Positions 26,799-36,529 of a DNA stretch of 64,000 nucleotides are shown here, piece after piece. Origin of the DNA: Candidatus Eiseniibacteriota bacterium (GTDB taxonomy: Bacteria; Joyebacterota; Joyebacteria; Joyebacterales; Joyebacteraceae); NCBI GenBank assembly GCA_043815815.1, contig JBDRIO010000029.1, forward strand, positions 13,650 to 77,649, in the 5' to 3' direction. Under the pieces are notes generated by a model. The model had not been told where the DNA came from and did no database searches. It was given only the letters and a program-made list of their open reading frames with translations. Both the position numbers and the translations under genes were made by a program. Every line of letters starts with the position of its first letter. Within the stretch, counting starts at the first letter, position 1.

Positions 26799-29546
26799 AT
26801 GAGACCTGCCCGAGTTCCCCTGTCGCTCGCCGCGATACTCCTGCTCATCGCCGCGGCGACATGCTCGCACGCCAACGTGCTCATCTCGGAGATGTGCGAC
26901 CCGCACCTGAACTACCTCACGGACAGGTTCATCGAGGTCTACAACGCGGGTGGTGCTGCGGTCGACCTCACGGACTGGACGCTCGTCGCGGTCGGGAACG
27001 GGGGAGACGTCTTCACGTGGAACCTGTCAGGCACCATCGACCCGGGCGAGGCGCTCGTCGCGGGCGACCACACGACGGTGATCCCGTTCCAGGTCGACTT
27101 CCCGGATGAGGCGTGGTCGAACAACAACAGCCTGTGGAACGGGAAGGTGGGCGACGGCGCCAAGCTCGTGAACGCGAGCGCCATCGTCGTCGACTACGCC
27201 GTCGTCGACGGAACGGCCTTCGAGAACGAGGACTACGTACGCAACTACGGGGTCGTGCTGCCGAGCACCACCTACGACCCACTGGAGTGGACCGCAACGC
27301 CGGTGGAGTATCCGACCGACGGGACTCCCGGAAGCCACCTCTCGGCGCCGCCCACTCCCGGCCCGACCGTCTCGAGCATCGTCACCGACCCGGCGGCTCC
27401 TCTCGCGGGTGAGACCGTCGACGTCTACGCGGACGTGACCGACACGGTCGCCGTGTCCTCCGTGTCGCTCTTCTGGGGCACGTCGCAGTTCTCGCTCCCG
27501 AACGAGATCGGCATGTCCCTCTCCGCGGGCGACACGTACGTCACCGACTCGTCGATACCCGCGCAGTCTGCGGGCACCACGATCTACTACGAGATTCACG
27601 CCACGAACAGCCTGCCCGGCACGACCATCACCGACATCGAGAGCTACTCTCTTCCGTTCGTCGCGTCCGTCAGCGACATCCAGGGCGTGGGTGCTGCCTC
27701 TCCGTACGACGGCTACGCTGTCATCACTCACGGCGTCGTGACCGCCAGCTACGGGACGTACTTCACCATCCAGGACGGGACCGGCGCCCGGTCGGGCCTG
27801 TGGGCGAGGGCCCTGGCGGCGCCGTCCGTCGGCGACTCGGTGACCGTCCGCGGCATGGTTGACGAGAACGACAGCGTCGTGAACGCGGGGAACACGCTCA
27901 TCGCCGGCGCAACGGTCGAGAGTTCGCTTCCCGGTGCCGTGGTGCCCGCCGCTGCTGCCGTCTCGACCGCGGTCTCGTCGACCGAAGACTACGAGGGCGT
28001 GCTCGTCACGGTGGAAGACGCCGCGTGCACGAACTCGGAACTCGGCTCGGGGGAGTGGGAGGTGGACGATGGGAGCGGGGCCGGGCGCGTCGACGACCTC
28101 GGATACGTCTTCGAGCCGTCGCTCGGAACGACCTACAACGTCACGGGACCCGTGACGTTCACCTACGGCACCTTCAAGCTCGAGCCGCGGGACGCGGCCG
28201 ACGTCGTCTGGGTGGGGGACGACTCCGCGCCCTCGCTCTATCAGGTCTACGCGCTCTCTGAGACCGAGGTCGTTCTCACGTTCTCCGAGGATGTCGACGA
28301 GACCACCGCGGAGACGGTGGGCAACTACTCGATAGGCGGGCTGGTCGTCTACGTCGCGGCGAGAGACGCTGTGCACTTCGATCAGGTGCTGCTCACGGTG
28401 TCCGCGATGTCTCCCATCGAGTACACACTCGTCGTGGACGGCGTGGAGGACCTCTACTCGAACGCCATGGACAACGTCGTTCAGACCTACGACTACATAG
28501 ACATCACGATCCCGGCCGGCTACTACGACGCCGCGGAGGGCCTCGCGGGCGACGACCTGAGGCTCGCACTCCACAACATCATCGACGATCACACAGCGCA
28601 GACCTACACGTACTCGTGGACGGCGTTCTACACGACCGACGACAAGCCGAACGGGAAGGTCTGGGACATGTACTCCGACGTTCCGGGCGGGACCCCGCCA
28701 TACGAGTACACGTTCGGGGTCGACCAGGGCGGCATCGGCGGCGTCGAGGGCACCGGGTACAACCGGGAGCACGCGTGGCCGTCCAGCTGGTCCGGCGGCG
28801 AACTGCTGCCTAAGTACTCGGACCTCTACACGATCTATCCGACCGACAACTTCGTCAACAACCAGCGCGGCTCCGAGCCGTTCGGCGAGGTGCCGTCGCC
28901 GACGTGGACGTCGCTGAACGGGAGCAAGAGGGGCAACTGCGCGTATCCCGGGTACTCCGGCATCGCGTTCGAGCCGATCGACGAGTACAAGGGCGACTTC
29001 GCGCGCACGTTCTTCTACGTCACCGTCCGGTACTACACGGAGGACGCCGCGTGGTCGACGAGCGCCATGACCGACGGCGCCGACATCCTTCCGTGGGCCG
29101 TGAACATGCTTCTTGAGTGGCACGAGGAAGACCCCGTCGACCGCAAGGAGCTGGAGCGGAACGGCACCGTCTACGTGATCCAGAACAACCGTAATCCGTT
29201 CATCGACAGGCCCGGGTTCGCCGACCTCATGTACCAGGCGGCGGGCGTCGAGGACGAGCCGGAGACGCTCGCGTTCGCGCTCCGTCAGAGTGCTCCCAAT
29301 CCGGCGAGTTCGGGCGCCTCGATACAGTTCGCGCTTCCGGTGAAGTCTGACGTGCGGATCGCCGTCTATGACGTGGCAGGCCGCGTGGTGCGGGTGCTTA
29401 CCGACGCCCCGTGGACGCCCGGCGAGCACGAGGTCGTCTGGGACGGGCTCGACGGCAGTGGCCGCGAGGTCGCGACCGGCGTCTACTTCTATTCCATGAG
29501 GACGGAGCAGTTCGAGGACAGAAGGAAGATGGTGCTCTTGAGGTAG
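26799..29546 (+). CDS. Secreted extracellular nuclease: lamin-tail domain (LTD) plus endonuclease I (EndA/Vvn family) plus T9SS-type C-terminal domain
   Basis: Signal MRPARVPLSLAAILLLIAAATCSHA. LTD NVLISEMCDPHLNYLTDRFIEVYNAGGAAVDLTDWTLV. Endonuclease-I motif YNREHAWPSSW. CTD APNPASSGASIQFALPVKSDVRIAVYDVAGRVV...VYFYSMRTEQFEDRRKMVLLR. Confidence 0.8.
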   Translation: MRPARVPLSLAAILLLIAAATCSHANVLISEMCDPHLNYLTDRFIEVYNAGGAAVDLTDWTLVAVGNGGDVFTWNLSGTIDPGEALVAGDHTTVIPFQVDFPDEAWSNNNSLWNGKVGDGAKLVNASAIVVDYAVVDGTAFENEDYVRNYGVVLPSTTYDPLEWTATPVEYPTDGTPGSHLSAPPTPGPTVSSIVTDPAAPLAGETVDVYADVTDTVAVSSVSLFWGTSQFSLPNEIGMSLSAGDTYVTDSSIPAQSAGTTIYYEIHATNSLPGTTITDIESYSLPFVASVSDIQGVGAASPYDGYAVITHGVVTASYGTYFTIQDGTGARSGLWARALAAPSVGDSVTVRGMVDENDSVVNAGNTLIAGATVESSLPGAVVPAAAAVSTAVSSTEDYEGVLVTVEDAACTNSELGSGEWEVDDGSGAGRVDDLGYVFEPSLGTTYNVTGPVTFTYGTFKLEPRDAADVVWVGDDSAPSLYQVYALSETEVVLTFSEDVDETTAETVGNYSIGGLVVYVAARDAVHFDQVLLTVSAMSPIEYTLVVDGVEDLYSNAMDNVVQTYDYIDITIPAGYYDAAEGLAGDDLRLALHNIIDDHTAQTYTYSWTAFYTTDDKPNGKVWDMYSDVPGGTPPYEYTFGVDQGGIGGVEGTGYNREHAWPSSWSGGELLPKYSDLYTIYPTDNFVNNQRGSEPFGEVPSPTWTSLNGSKRGNCAYPGYSGIAFEPIDEYKGDFARTFFYVTVRYYTEDAAWSTSAMTDGADILPWAVNMLLEWHEEDPVDRKELERNGTVYVIQNNRNPFIDRPGFADLMYQAAGVEDEPETLAFALRQSAPNPASSGASIQFALPVKSDVRIAVYDVAGRVVRVLTDAPWTPGEHEVVWDGLDGSGREVATGVYFYSMRTEQFEDRRKMVLLR

Positions 29547-29571
29547 ACCCCTCCACGAGGTGAGATGATCC

Positions 29572-30537
29572 ATGCGTTCAGAGGCAACGAGAGCGGTCTC
29601 GGCGACGCTCGCGATCGTGGTCGCGCTCTCCGCGGTGCCACTCGCTCCCGCGCCGGCGGCGTCCGAGGAGCCAGGGGGGTTGGTCGCTGAGGCGTCAGGC
29701 GAACCAGGGTCCGACGTTCCGCCCCAGTACATGGTGATCCCCGAGGCGACGGTCGAGGGCACACAGCGACTCGTCGACATCGAGTGGCGCAAGCTCTCGT
29801 CCACGGTCTACGGGAGCGGCGCTCCGACCGTCATACTCCTGAGTGGATTGAACGCCCCACAGGAGTACTGGAACGCCATCGTCCCTGCGCTCGCCGCCGA
29901 GACCACGGTGCTGACGTACGACAGGGCCGGCCACGGTGAGAGCACCCTTGGGACGGAGCCCGTCACCGGGGAGAACGCGGGCCTCGACCTGTACATGCTT
30001 CTGGGCGAGCTGGGGGTCCCCGGCCCGTTCATCGTCGTGGGGCACTCGTACGGCGCGAGCGTCGCACGGCTCTTCGCCTCGCGGTTCCCGGAGGACATAG
30101 GCGGGATCGTGCTCATCGATGGTCAGCACGAGAGCGTGCTCGATGAGCAGCGGAAGCTTCTCACCGGAGACGGCCTGGCGAAGCTCGAGGAGATGGTCGT
30201 GCGGATGAAGGAGATGGCCCCCGTCGGCTCCGAGGCGGCGTCACAGCAGGAGACCGCCGAGCAGCTTCGCAGGAGCGCCCCGCTTCCCGATGTACCGTAT
30301 GTCGTTGTCACCGCCGGAGACAGATCGAAGGCGATGCCGCCGTTGTTCAGCGATGAGGCGCAGGCACGGCTCGCCGAGCTCGGCATCGCGCTCCAGGAGC
30401 GGCTCGTCTCGCTCGTTCCCGGGGGGAAGCATGTCGTCCTCGAGGGCGTAGGGCACAACATCCACGTCGAGCAGCCGGAAGCCATCACCGCGCCGATACT
30501 CGAGATGGTCCAGCAGGTTCGGGCGGGCGGCAGGTAG
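29572..30537 (+). CDS. Secreted alpha/beta-hydrolase fold protein
   Basis: Signal peptide; nucleophile elbow GHSYGAS; catalytic-His region near the C-terminus (GVGHNIHVEQPE). Confidence 0.75.
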   Translation: MRSEATRAVSATLAIVVALSAVPLAPAPAASEEPGGLVAEASGEPGSDVPPQYMVIPEATVEGTQRLVDIEWRKLSSTVYGSGAPTVILLSGLNAPQEYWNAIVPALAAETTVLTYDRAGHGESTLGTEPVTGENAGLDLYMLLGELGVPGPFIVVGHSYGASVARLFASRFPEDIGGIVLIDGQHESVLDEQRKLLTGDGLAKLEEMVVRMKEMAPVGSEAASQQETAEQLRRSAPLPDVPYVVVTAGDRSKAMPPLFSDEAQARLAELGIALQERLVSLVPGGKHVVLEGVGHNIHVEQPEAITAPILEMVQQVRAGGR

Positions 30538-30639
30538 CGCAGCCATCCGCCACGTCTCCGGCCATCTGCGGCGATCCTCCTCTCCGGGAGGACTTCCGCA
30601 GCGACCTGCTTCCTCGCGCGAGACTTCCATACGGATCCG

Positions 30640-30676
30640 TGAAGAAGGGGCCCCGCTCGCGGGGCCCCTCTCTCAT
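30640..30676. terminator. Bidirectional terminator between the convergent hydrolase and Cys-rich protein genes
   Basis: AGGGGCCCCGC-tcgc-GGGGCCCCT hairpin flanked by cttcttcac / ctctcatg. Confidence 0.55.
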
Positions 30677-30703
30677 GCGCTACCTGTCTGCAGCACAACA
30701 ACG

Positions 30704-31729
30704 TCAGCGGTGCATCGCCTTGATCGTTCCCCAGCTCGTCTCCTGAACCGGTACGCCGGACTCCGGGACATGGACGCGGTATCCGTATCCGTCAGGCCTG
30801 TCAGGGAAGTCCCAGGAGCTGTGGCTCGTGCCCGTGTACGGGTCACAGTTGTGGCCCTGAGCGCCCGCGGTCTGGGTCCAGTGTCCCCAGGTCGCGAGGT
30901 TCGGGTTGTCGAACCGGAACCACGTGTAGCCGAACTCCGGCGTGTGGAAGTCCAGGGTCTCGCGCCAGGCGACCCAGTACTCGTCGCCTACCCGGACGAT
31001 CGAGTCGCAGTGCGTCCATCCGTAGGGGTCGACCCAGTTCGTGTAGTTCTCGAAGTCGGGATCGAAGACCTGAACGTGGAAGCCGTGCATGTACTCCGCG
31101 TAGTCGGGGCAGGCCCTGTACCAGTACGTCGGAGGGTGCGTCGGGTTCCCGCTGCCCTGAGGCTCGCATCCGACGTCTGTCTGGATGAAGTAGTTGCAGT
31201 CGCAGTCCTGGTCTCCGGGCGGAGGCGTCATGCCGATCCCGCCGTTCGCCGCGATGCAGTAGTAGTCCGCCGCGAAGTTGCAGTCCGTGACGAGCGTTCC
31301 GTCGATCGGGTTCGGGCTCAGCGTGATGGTCCCGGGGCCGACAACGAAGTACGGCTGAAGCAGGACGACGACGATGCCGCACTCGTTCGGGTAAACGCAC
31401 TCGTTGCCGCTGATCACCCATCCAACGGCCTGATCGTCCGGCCCACCGATCGCCTGCGCGCCCGGGAGATAGTACGTCGGGGCGAGCGGAATGCCGAACC
31501 AGGTCGTCGTCCACGTGAGGGAGACCTGGCGCATTCCTCCGCTCACACTGAAACAGTCGAGGATGAGGTAGCTGTTTAGAATACCGGATGTGAGGGATAC
31601 CTCGTGCACGTACGGCCCGGTGTCGCAGCTCGCATCGAAGCTCACGAACGCCCGGATGTTTGGATTCTGTCCGGCGAGGGCGCCGGCGGCCACCGCGAGC
31701 ACCATCAATACGATCACAAACGTCCTCAT
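30704..31729 (-). CDS. Secreted Cys/Trp/Tyr-rich hypothetical protein
   Basis: Signal MRTFVIVLMVLAVAAGALAG. About 12 Cys (including DCDCNY) and many aromatic residues. No identifiable domain. Confidence 0.45.
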   Translation of the reverse strand: MRTFVIVLMVLAVAAGALAGQNPNIRAFVSFDASCDTGPYVHEVSLTSGILNSYLILDCFSVSGGMRQVSLTWTTTWFGIPLAPTYYLPGAQAIGGPDDQAVGWVISGNECVYPNECGIVVVLLQPYFVVGPGTITLSPNPIDGTLVTDCNFAADYYCIAANGGIGMTPPPGDQDCDCNYFIQTDVGCEPQGSGNPTHPPTYWYRACPDYAEYMHGFHVQVFDPDFENYTNWVDPYGWTHCDSIVRVGDEYWVAWRETLDFHTPEFGYTWFRFDNPNLATWGHWTQTAGAQGHNCDPYTGTSHSSWDFPDRPDGYGYRVHVPESGVPVQETSWGTIKAMHR

Positions 31730-31824
31730 GCATGCCCCCTCTCCTCCCGGGACAAGCGTATCTTGATTACACTACGCCATTATACCACACACGGCACAGG
31801 CGAGCAACGGGGAAGGCGCATTCG

Positions 31825-32427
31825 TCATCTGGCGCGCCTGCCAGGGCGAGCGAGACGCACGAGCGCGGCGGTGAGCGAGAAGGCCTCGGTCACGCCTGCG
31901 TCGTCGCGTTCCGCCATGAACTCGGCCACGTCCTGGAGCATCTTCCTCGCCCTCGCGGCGTCGGCGGGCTTCAGGCGCGACGTCAGCCTCAGCAGCGACA
32001 CGGACTCGGCAGGGGGGACCTTCCTGGTCCGCGCAGGCGCCAGTGCGGCGGCGAGCTCGCGCTCGGCCGTCCGGAGAGCGGCCCGGTTGAGGTCGGCCAC
32101 GGCCTCGACGAACGCCTTCGAGGTTTCCCCCCTGTCCAGCACGATCCTCTCTGCCGTCGGACCGTATACGGCCTCGGTGCGCCGCCCCGCGTCCCGTCTC
32201 CCGAGCTCCTCGATGAGCCCGACTTCCTCAAGCTCGTGGATGTGGTAGTAGAGCGACGCCGGCGCCCGTCCCAGCTCCGCAGCGACGTCCTTTACGGACC
32301 CAGCGCCCAGCCGCTCGAATGCGCCGAGGATCTCCTGTCTGACCGGCGTTCTGAGGGCGCGGACGGTGCGCGCGTCCTTTATGACCAACGTACGCGGCTT
32401 CTTCCCGCGCTTCGCGTGTCGCGCCAT
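31825..32427 (-). CDS. ArsR/winged-HTH family transcriptional regulator
   Basis: N-terminal HTH_20-like segment PVRQEILGAFERLGAGSVKDVAAELGRAPASLYYHIHELEEVGLIEE. Confidence 0.7.
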   Translation of the reverse strand: MARHAKRGKKPRTLVIKDARTVRALRTPVRQEILGAFERLGAGSVKDVAAELGRAPASLYYHIHELEEVGLIEELGRRDAGRRTEAVYGPTAERIVLDRGETSKAFVEAVADLNRAALRTAERELAAALAPARTRKVPPAESVSLLRLTSRLKPADAARARKMLQDVAEFMAERDDAGVTEAFSLTAALVRLARPGRRAR

Positions 32428-32480
32428 CGGTGGCCTCCCGAAGAGACTGTCATTTGTATTTCAACCAATATTCTAAGAGA

Positions 32481-32493
32481 ATGGTCTCACGGG
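32481..32493. promoter_or_regulatory. Inverted repeat ATTCT-aag-AGAAT in the AT-rich ArsR / TPR-protease divergent promoter region (candidate operator)
   Basis: gtcatttgtatttcaaccaatATTCTaagAGAATggtctcac. Confidence 0.3.
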
Positions 32494-32614
32494 TGCAAGC
32501 ACTGATGAGGCTTCGGTGGCCGGACGAACGACTACCGCGCCGCCTGCAGGCGGACCCCGGGCCACCGGCCTGAACGCCAAGTGATGTTCCACCTCGCACA
32601 CGGGGGATGGCAGG

Positions 32615-34006
32615 ATGCGAATCGACGGCATGACGGTACTTATCTGGGCGACCGCGCTGCTGGTCGCGGCCGTCCCGGCTGCCAGAGGGCAGGTGCCGCA
32701 GGGGACGCCGCCGGGGGACGAAGGTCACAGGGGCGACCTCCTTAGCGAGCTCGCACGCGCGGCGGCGGCCTTCGAGGCTGACTCCGGAGACGCGACACGG
32801 TACGAGTACGCGAGCCTGCTCTTCGAGGCCGGGCTGTTCGAGGAGGCGCGGGCGACCGTTGCTCCGCTCGTTGCTGTCGACGAGCCGTCGGCCGAAGTCG
32901 CGCGTTTGGCCGGGCGACTCGCGTACTACCTGGGCGACTACGGCGCGGCGGAGCGGATATTCGCGGGGTCGCTCGAGCGCGATCCCGAGAACGCGCGGGC
33001 CCTCACCGGACTCGTGTTCACCCACTACCAGACGAACAGCTTCTCTCGGTGCTCGGAACTCGCCGGGAAGGGGGGAGACGACGTCCGGCTTCCTCATCTC
33101 GACCTTATGCTCGCGTTCGGCGACGACGCGCCGTACCGAATGGAATGGAGAGGACCGACGTCGACGGAGGTTCCCTTCATCTCTGTTGATCCTCTGCCCG
33201 TCGTCGAGGTGGAGATCGAGGGGCGAAAGATCTCGGCCATCATTGACACCGGCGGCGACCTCTTCATCCTGGACACAGACATAGCCGCGGAGCTCGGGAT
33301 CGAGCCCGTGGCGTCGATGACGGGCATGTTCGCGGGAGGCATGCAGGCGGAGATCGGTTTCGCCAAAGCCTCGTCGCTCAAGCTCGGCGGTGTGACCATG
33401 CGCTCGGTGCCCATCTCGCTCCTGCCCACGAAGCCGTTGTCGTTCGGGGAACTCGAGATCGGCGGCATAATCGGCACGAGCGTGCTCCGGCAGTTCCTCT
33501 CGACGATAGACTACCCTAACGGCCGTCTCGTCCTTCGCGAGCGGACCGAGGGCGCGTCGGACGCGTTCCTCGCGGAGTCGACCGGACACGTCGTCGAAGA
33601 GACTCCCTTCTACCTGCAGGGCACGCACTTCCTGCTGGCTCACGGCAGCCTGAACGGCCACGGAGGGCTTCTGTTCCACGTCGACTCCGGGTTGGCGGGC
33701 CTTCCCGCGTTCGCCACGACCGAGCAGACGCTCGAGTACGTCGGCATCCCGGTTCCCGAGGTGGCCGTGCACGAGGGCGTGATCGGGGGCGGCGGCGGCG
33801 GGTTCGCTGTCGGCGAGTTTCCGATAGCCAGTCTGGGTCTGGGGCGGCTCGAACAGCCGAATCTCGTGGGTTCGTTCGGGGCGCAGCCGCCGGGAAGCTA
33901 CAGGATGCTCGGCTTCATCGTCGACGGACTGATCTCGCACAACTTCCTGCGCCGGTACGCGTGGACGCTCGACTTCGACAGGATGAGGATGGTGTTCGCG
34001 CAGTAG
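32615..34006 (+). CDS. Secreted TPR-repeat protein fused to two retropepsin-like aspartic-protease lobes
   Basis: Signal peptide; TPR-like helical N-terminus; catalytic motifs IIDTGGDLFILD and LFHVDSGLAGL (D-T/S-G). Confidence 0.6.
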   Translation: MRIDGMTVLIWATALLVAAVPAARGQVPQGTPPGDEGHRGDLLSELARAAAAFEADSGDATRYEYASLLFEAGLFEEARATVAPLVAVDEPSAEVARLAGRLAYYLGDYGAAERIFAGSLERDPENARALTGLVFTHYQTNSFSRCSELAGKGGDDVRLPHLDLMLAFGDDAPYRMEWRGPTSTEVPFISVDPLPVVEVEIEGRKISAIIDTGGDLFILDTDIAAELGIEPVASMTGMFAGGMQAEIGFAKASSLKLGGVTMRSVPISLLPTKPLSFGELEIGGIIGTSVLRQFLSTIDYPNGRLVLRERTEGASDAFLAESTGHVVEETPFYLQGTHFLLAHGSLNGHGGLLFHVDSGLAGLPAFATTEQTLEYVGIPVPEVAVHEGVIGGGGGGFAVGEFPIASLGLGRLEQPNLVGSFGAQPPGSYRMLGFIVDGLISHNFLRRYAWTLDFDRMRMVFAQ

Positions 34007-34095
34007 GCGGCGACACGCCCGGAAGGACGGCCGAGCTCGCGTGATCGGGTCCACTCGCGCCCGATGTGGAAGAGGCCACCTGGGGACAGGCCAGC

Positions 34096-35532
34096 CTAGT
34101 CGGGCGTATCGTGGTCGGACCAGCGGTTCTTGCAGCCCCAGACGAGCGGGACAGTTGAGACCACGTGGCGCACCTTGCCGAGGGCGGACCGCGGTATCTC
34201 GTCGACGCGCTCGACCCGCACGCGCGCGTTCGGGCCGAGTCTCCGAGAGAACCAGTCGAGGATGCTGGCACGCTCCGTGTCCGTGATCGGGCCGTCCTTC
34301 AGGATCTTCATGTGAAACTCGTCGGGGCTCTCCTGAACGAGCTGCCACTGCTTCACGCCCGCCGTGTCCTTGATCGCCCAGCTCACCATGGTCGGTGGGA
34401 TCATCCGCCCGTCCGCCTTCACTATCACGTCGCCGATGCGCGACGTGAGCCCCTCCATCATCGGGAGCGAGCGGCCGCAGGAACAGGTCCTCTCCGACAG
34501 AGCCCCCACGTCCCCGCAGGTGTAGCGGATCAACGGCGTGCCCATATTGTGCAGGGTCGTACCGGCGATAAGCCCCGGGACCCCCGGGGGTTGAGGGTTC
34601 CCGTCCTCATCGACGATCTCCGTGATCCCGAACTCCGAGTACAGGTGATGGCCGTCGTGCTCCTCGCACTCGCTCGAGAACGTCACCCTCTCGGCGGTGC
34701 TGTAGGCGTCGAATGCCTTCGTCCGGAAGCGCTCCTCGATGACGCCGCGCTCGGTCGGGAGGAGAGGCTCTCCAGTGGTCGTGAGCCCGTCCAGCGGAAG
34801 GTACTCGTCTCTGTTCTCGAGGTACCTGGCGATGATGAAGGCGCACGACGGGAAGGCCTCGAGCGCGCGCGCACCGAACTCCTTCATCTTATCCACGTAC
34901 AGCCCGATGTTCGCGTCGCTCAGATGTACGGTCGAGAGGATGAGCTGGTTCCACCTCGGGTTGTGGCGCCAGAACGGGGGCCTCGTCTGCCTGTCCGGCA
35001 CGACCAGCCTGCCCTGGATCGTCGCGTACGGCGTCCCGAACGGGAACCCGGCCCACCGCCGAAGGCGCATGTAGCAGGCGTGGTTCATCATCGAGACGGG
35101 TCTGTCGCGATAGACCGGGAGCGGCGTCCCGCTGGTGGCGGACGTGGCCGCCGCCCATAGCGCCGACCGCGGCACCGCCTTCGAGCGAAGTCCGTCTCCG
35201 AGTCTTCGAGCGTCGCTCTTCTGCAGCACGGGGAGCTTGGCGAGGTCGGCCACGCGCGTGATGTCGGAGGGCTTCAACCTGCGCTCGTCCATCACGTCCC
35301 TGTAGTGCGGGACCGTCTCGTACGCGTGAGCGACGATCTCGCGGAGCCTCGCTTCCTGGTACTCCCGGAGTCTCTCCGGATCCCAGCGTTCTGACTCCTC
35401 GAGGAACCGCGCGAGCATCTGCTGCTCGGGTCCGAACCGCTCTCTGTGTATGAGCCGACCGTACAGGGCGACGAAGCCCTTCTGGAGAGGAAGGGGAAGG
35501 TACCTGTAGACCTTTCTCGCGCTGTGCCACAT
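34096..35532 (-). CDS. Phenylacetate-CoA ligase family adenylate-forming enzyme (PaaK / CapK / F390-synthetase-like)
   Basis: ATSGTSGTPL-like P-loop (TSATSGTPLPVY), adenylation-domain core, C-terminal lid with conserved Lys (ALGKVRHV). Start ATG at ~35532 (MWHSARKVY); ORF track 35760. Confidence 0.75.
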   Translation of the reverse strand: MWHSARKVYRYLPLPLQKGFVALYGRLIHRERFGPEQQMLARFLEESERWDPERLREYQEARLREIVAHAYETVPHYRDVMDERRLKPSDITRVADLAKLPVLQKSDARRLGDGLRSKAVPRSALWAAATSATSGTPLPVYRDRPVSMMNHACYMRLRRWAGFPFGTPYATIQGRLVVPDRQTRPPFWRHNPRWNQLILSTVHLSDANIGLYVDKMKEFGARALEAFPSCAFIIARYLENRDEYLPLDGLTTTGEPLLPTERGVIEERFRTKAFDAYSTAERVTFSSECEEHDGHHLYSEFGITEIVDEDGNPQPPGVPGLIAGTTLHNMGTPLIRYTCGDVGALSERTCSCGRSLPMMEGLTSRIGDVIVKADGRMIPPTMVSWAIKDTAGVKQWQLVQESPDEFHMKILKDGPITDTERASILDWFSRRLGPNARVRVERVDEIPRSALGKVRHVVSTVPLVWGCKNRWSDHDTPD

Positions 35533-35811
35533 GGCTCGGTCGAGTCTCCGGCAAGTGACGTCGGGCAACAGTGAGAGACCGTCGCCGGGGGGCCACCGCT
35601 CGTCGGGCCGCGCCGGCACCCGCGCGGCGGCAGCGCCAACGCAACGGTAAGGGATGGCGGACGCGGAAGCAAGAGCGCGGGACGTTCTTCCACGGGGTCC
35701 GCCCGAGGTCTTGTGTCCTCGCTTGCCCCCGGCGTCGAGCGGGGCTACGTTCGTCGACATGCCGCGCAGCTTCTCGGCCAGTCACCAAGCACGAGTCGGA
35801 AGGAGACCAAC

Positions 35812-36378
35812 ATGAAGGTCCTGACGCTAATGGGAAGCCCCAGACACGAGGGGAACACCGCCGCCATCCTCAGGATGTTCGAAGAGAGGATGTCGTCGCA
35901 CGGGCACGACGTTCAGCGGGTGAACCTGTCCGACCTGGACGTGACGGGTTGCCGGGCGTGCTACGCGTGCAGGGGCAACACGGAGGCGCACGGGTGTGTG
36001 CTGCAGGACGACGCGCTCAAGCTGCTCGACAGGCTCATCTCTGCCGACGCGATCGTCTACGCGACGCCGCTCTACATGTGGGGGATCGCCTCTGACCTCC
36101 GCGCACTCATGGAGCGGCACGTGTCCCTCGTCAAGGGTTACATGACGCCGGACTACAAGTCCCTCGTTGACGGGAAGAAGGCGGCGCTTCTCGTCGCCTG
36201 CGCCGGGTCCATAGAGGGCAACGCCGATGTCGTGCAGGACGTCTTCGACCGCTTCTCGACCTACGCCAGGTTCGACGTCACCGGCACGTACGTGCAACCG
36301 GGCTGCACCGAGCCGAACGCCCTCGGGGACGAAGCCGGGGCGCTCGCCGAGCGCATGGCCGACGACATGAACGCATAG
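35812..36378 (+). CDS. Iron-sulfur flavoprotein (Isf-like) / NAD(P)H-dependent FMN reductase, flavodoxin-like fold
   Basis: MKVLTLMGSPRHEGNT flavodoxin-like N-terminus; compact Cys cluster CRACYACRGNTEAHGC (Cx2Cx2Cx7C) as in Isf. AGGAG RBS. Confidence 0.75.
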   Translation: MKVLTLMGSPRHEGNTAAILRMFEERMSSHGHDVQRVNLSDLDVTGCRACYACRGNTEAHGCVLQDDALKLLDRLISADAIVYATPLYMWGIASDLRALMERHVSLVKGYMTPDYKSLVDGKKAALLVACAGSIEGNADVVQDVFDRFSTYARFDVTGTYVQPGCTEPNALGDEAGALAERMADDMNA

Positions 36379-36475
36379 CAGATCACACGGCGGGCGACCA
36401 CGCCCTTCTGCTGCCCCGCCAACAGGGGGGACAGCTTCTTCTACAGCGCCGGCGGGCTCATGTAGGATGGCCGAA

Positions 36476-36510
36476 GGGGCTCAGGGCCCGGGAGTTATGC
36501 CCTCCTGGGC
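36476..36510 (+). terminator. GC-rich hairpin downstream of the Isf gene (terminator-like, no U-tract)
   Basis: GGGCCCGGGAG-ttatgcc-CTCCTGGGCCC. Confidence 0.3.
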
Positions 36511-36529
36511 CCGCCCCTGACAGTTCTGC

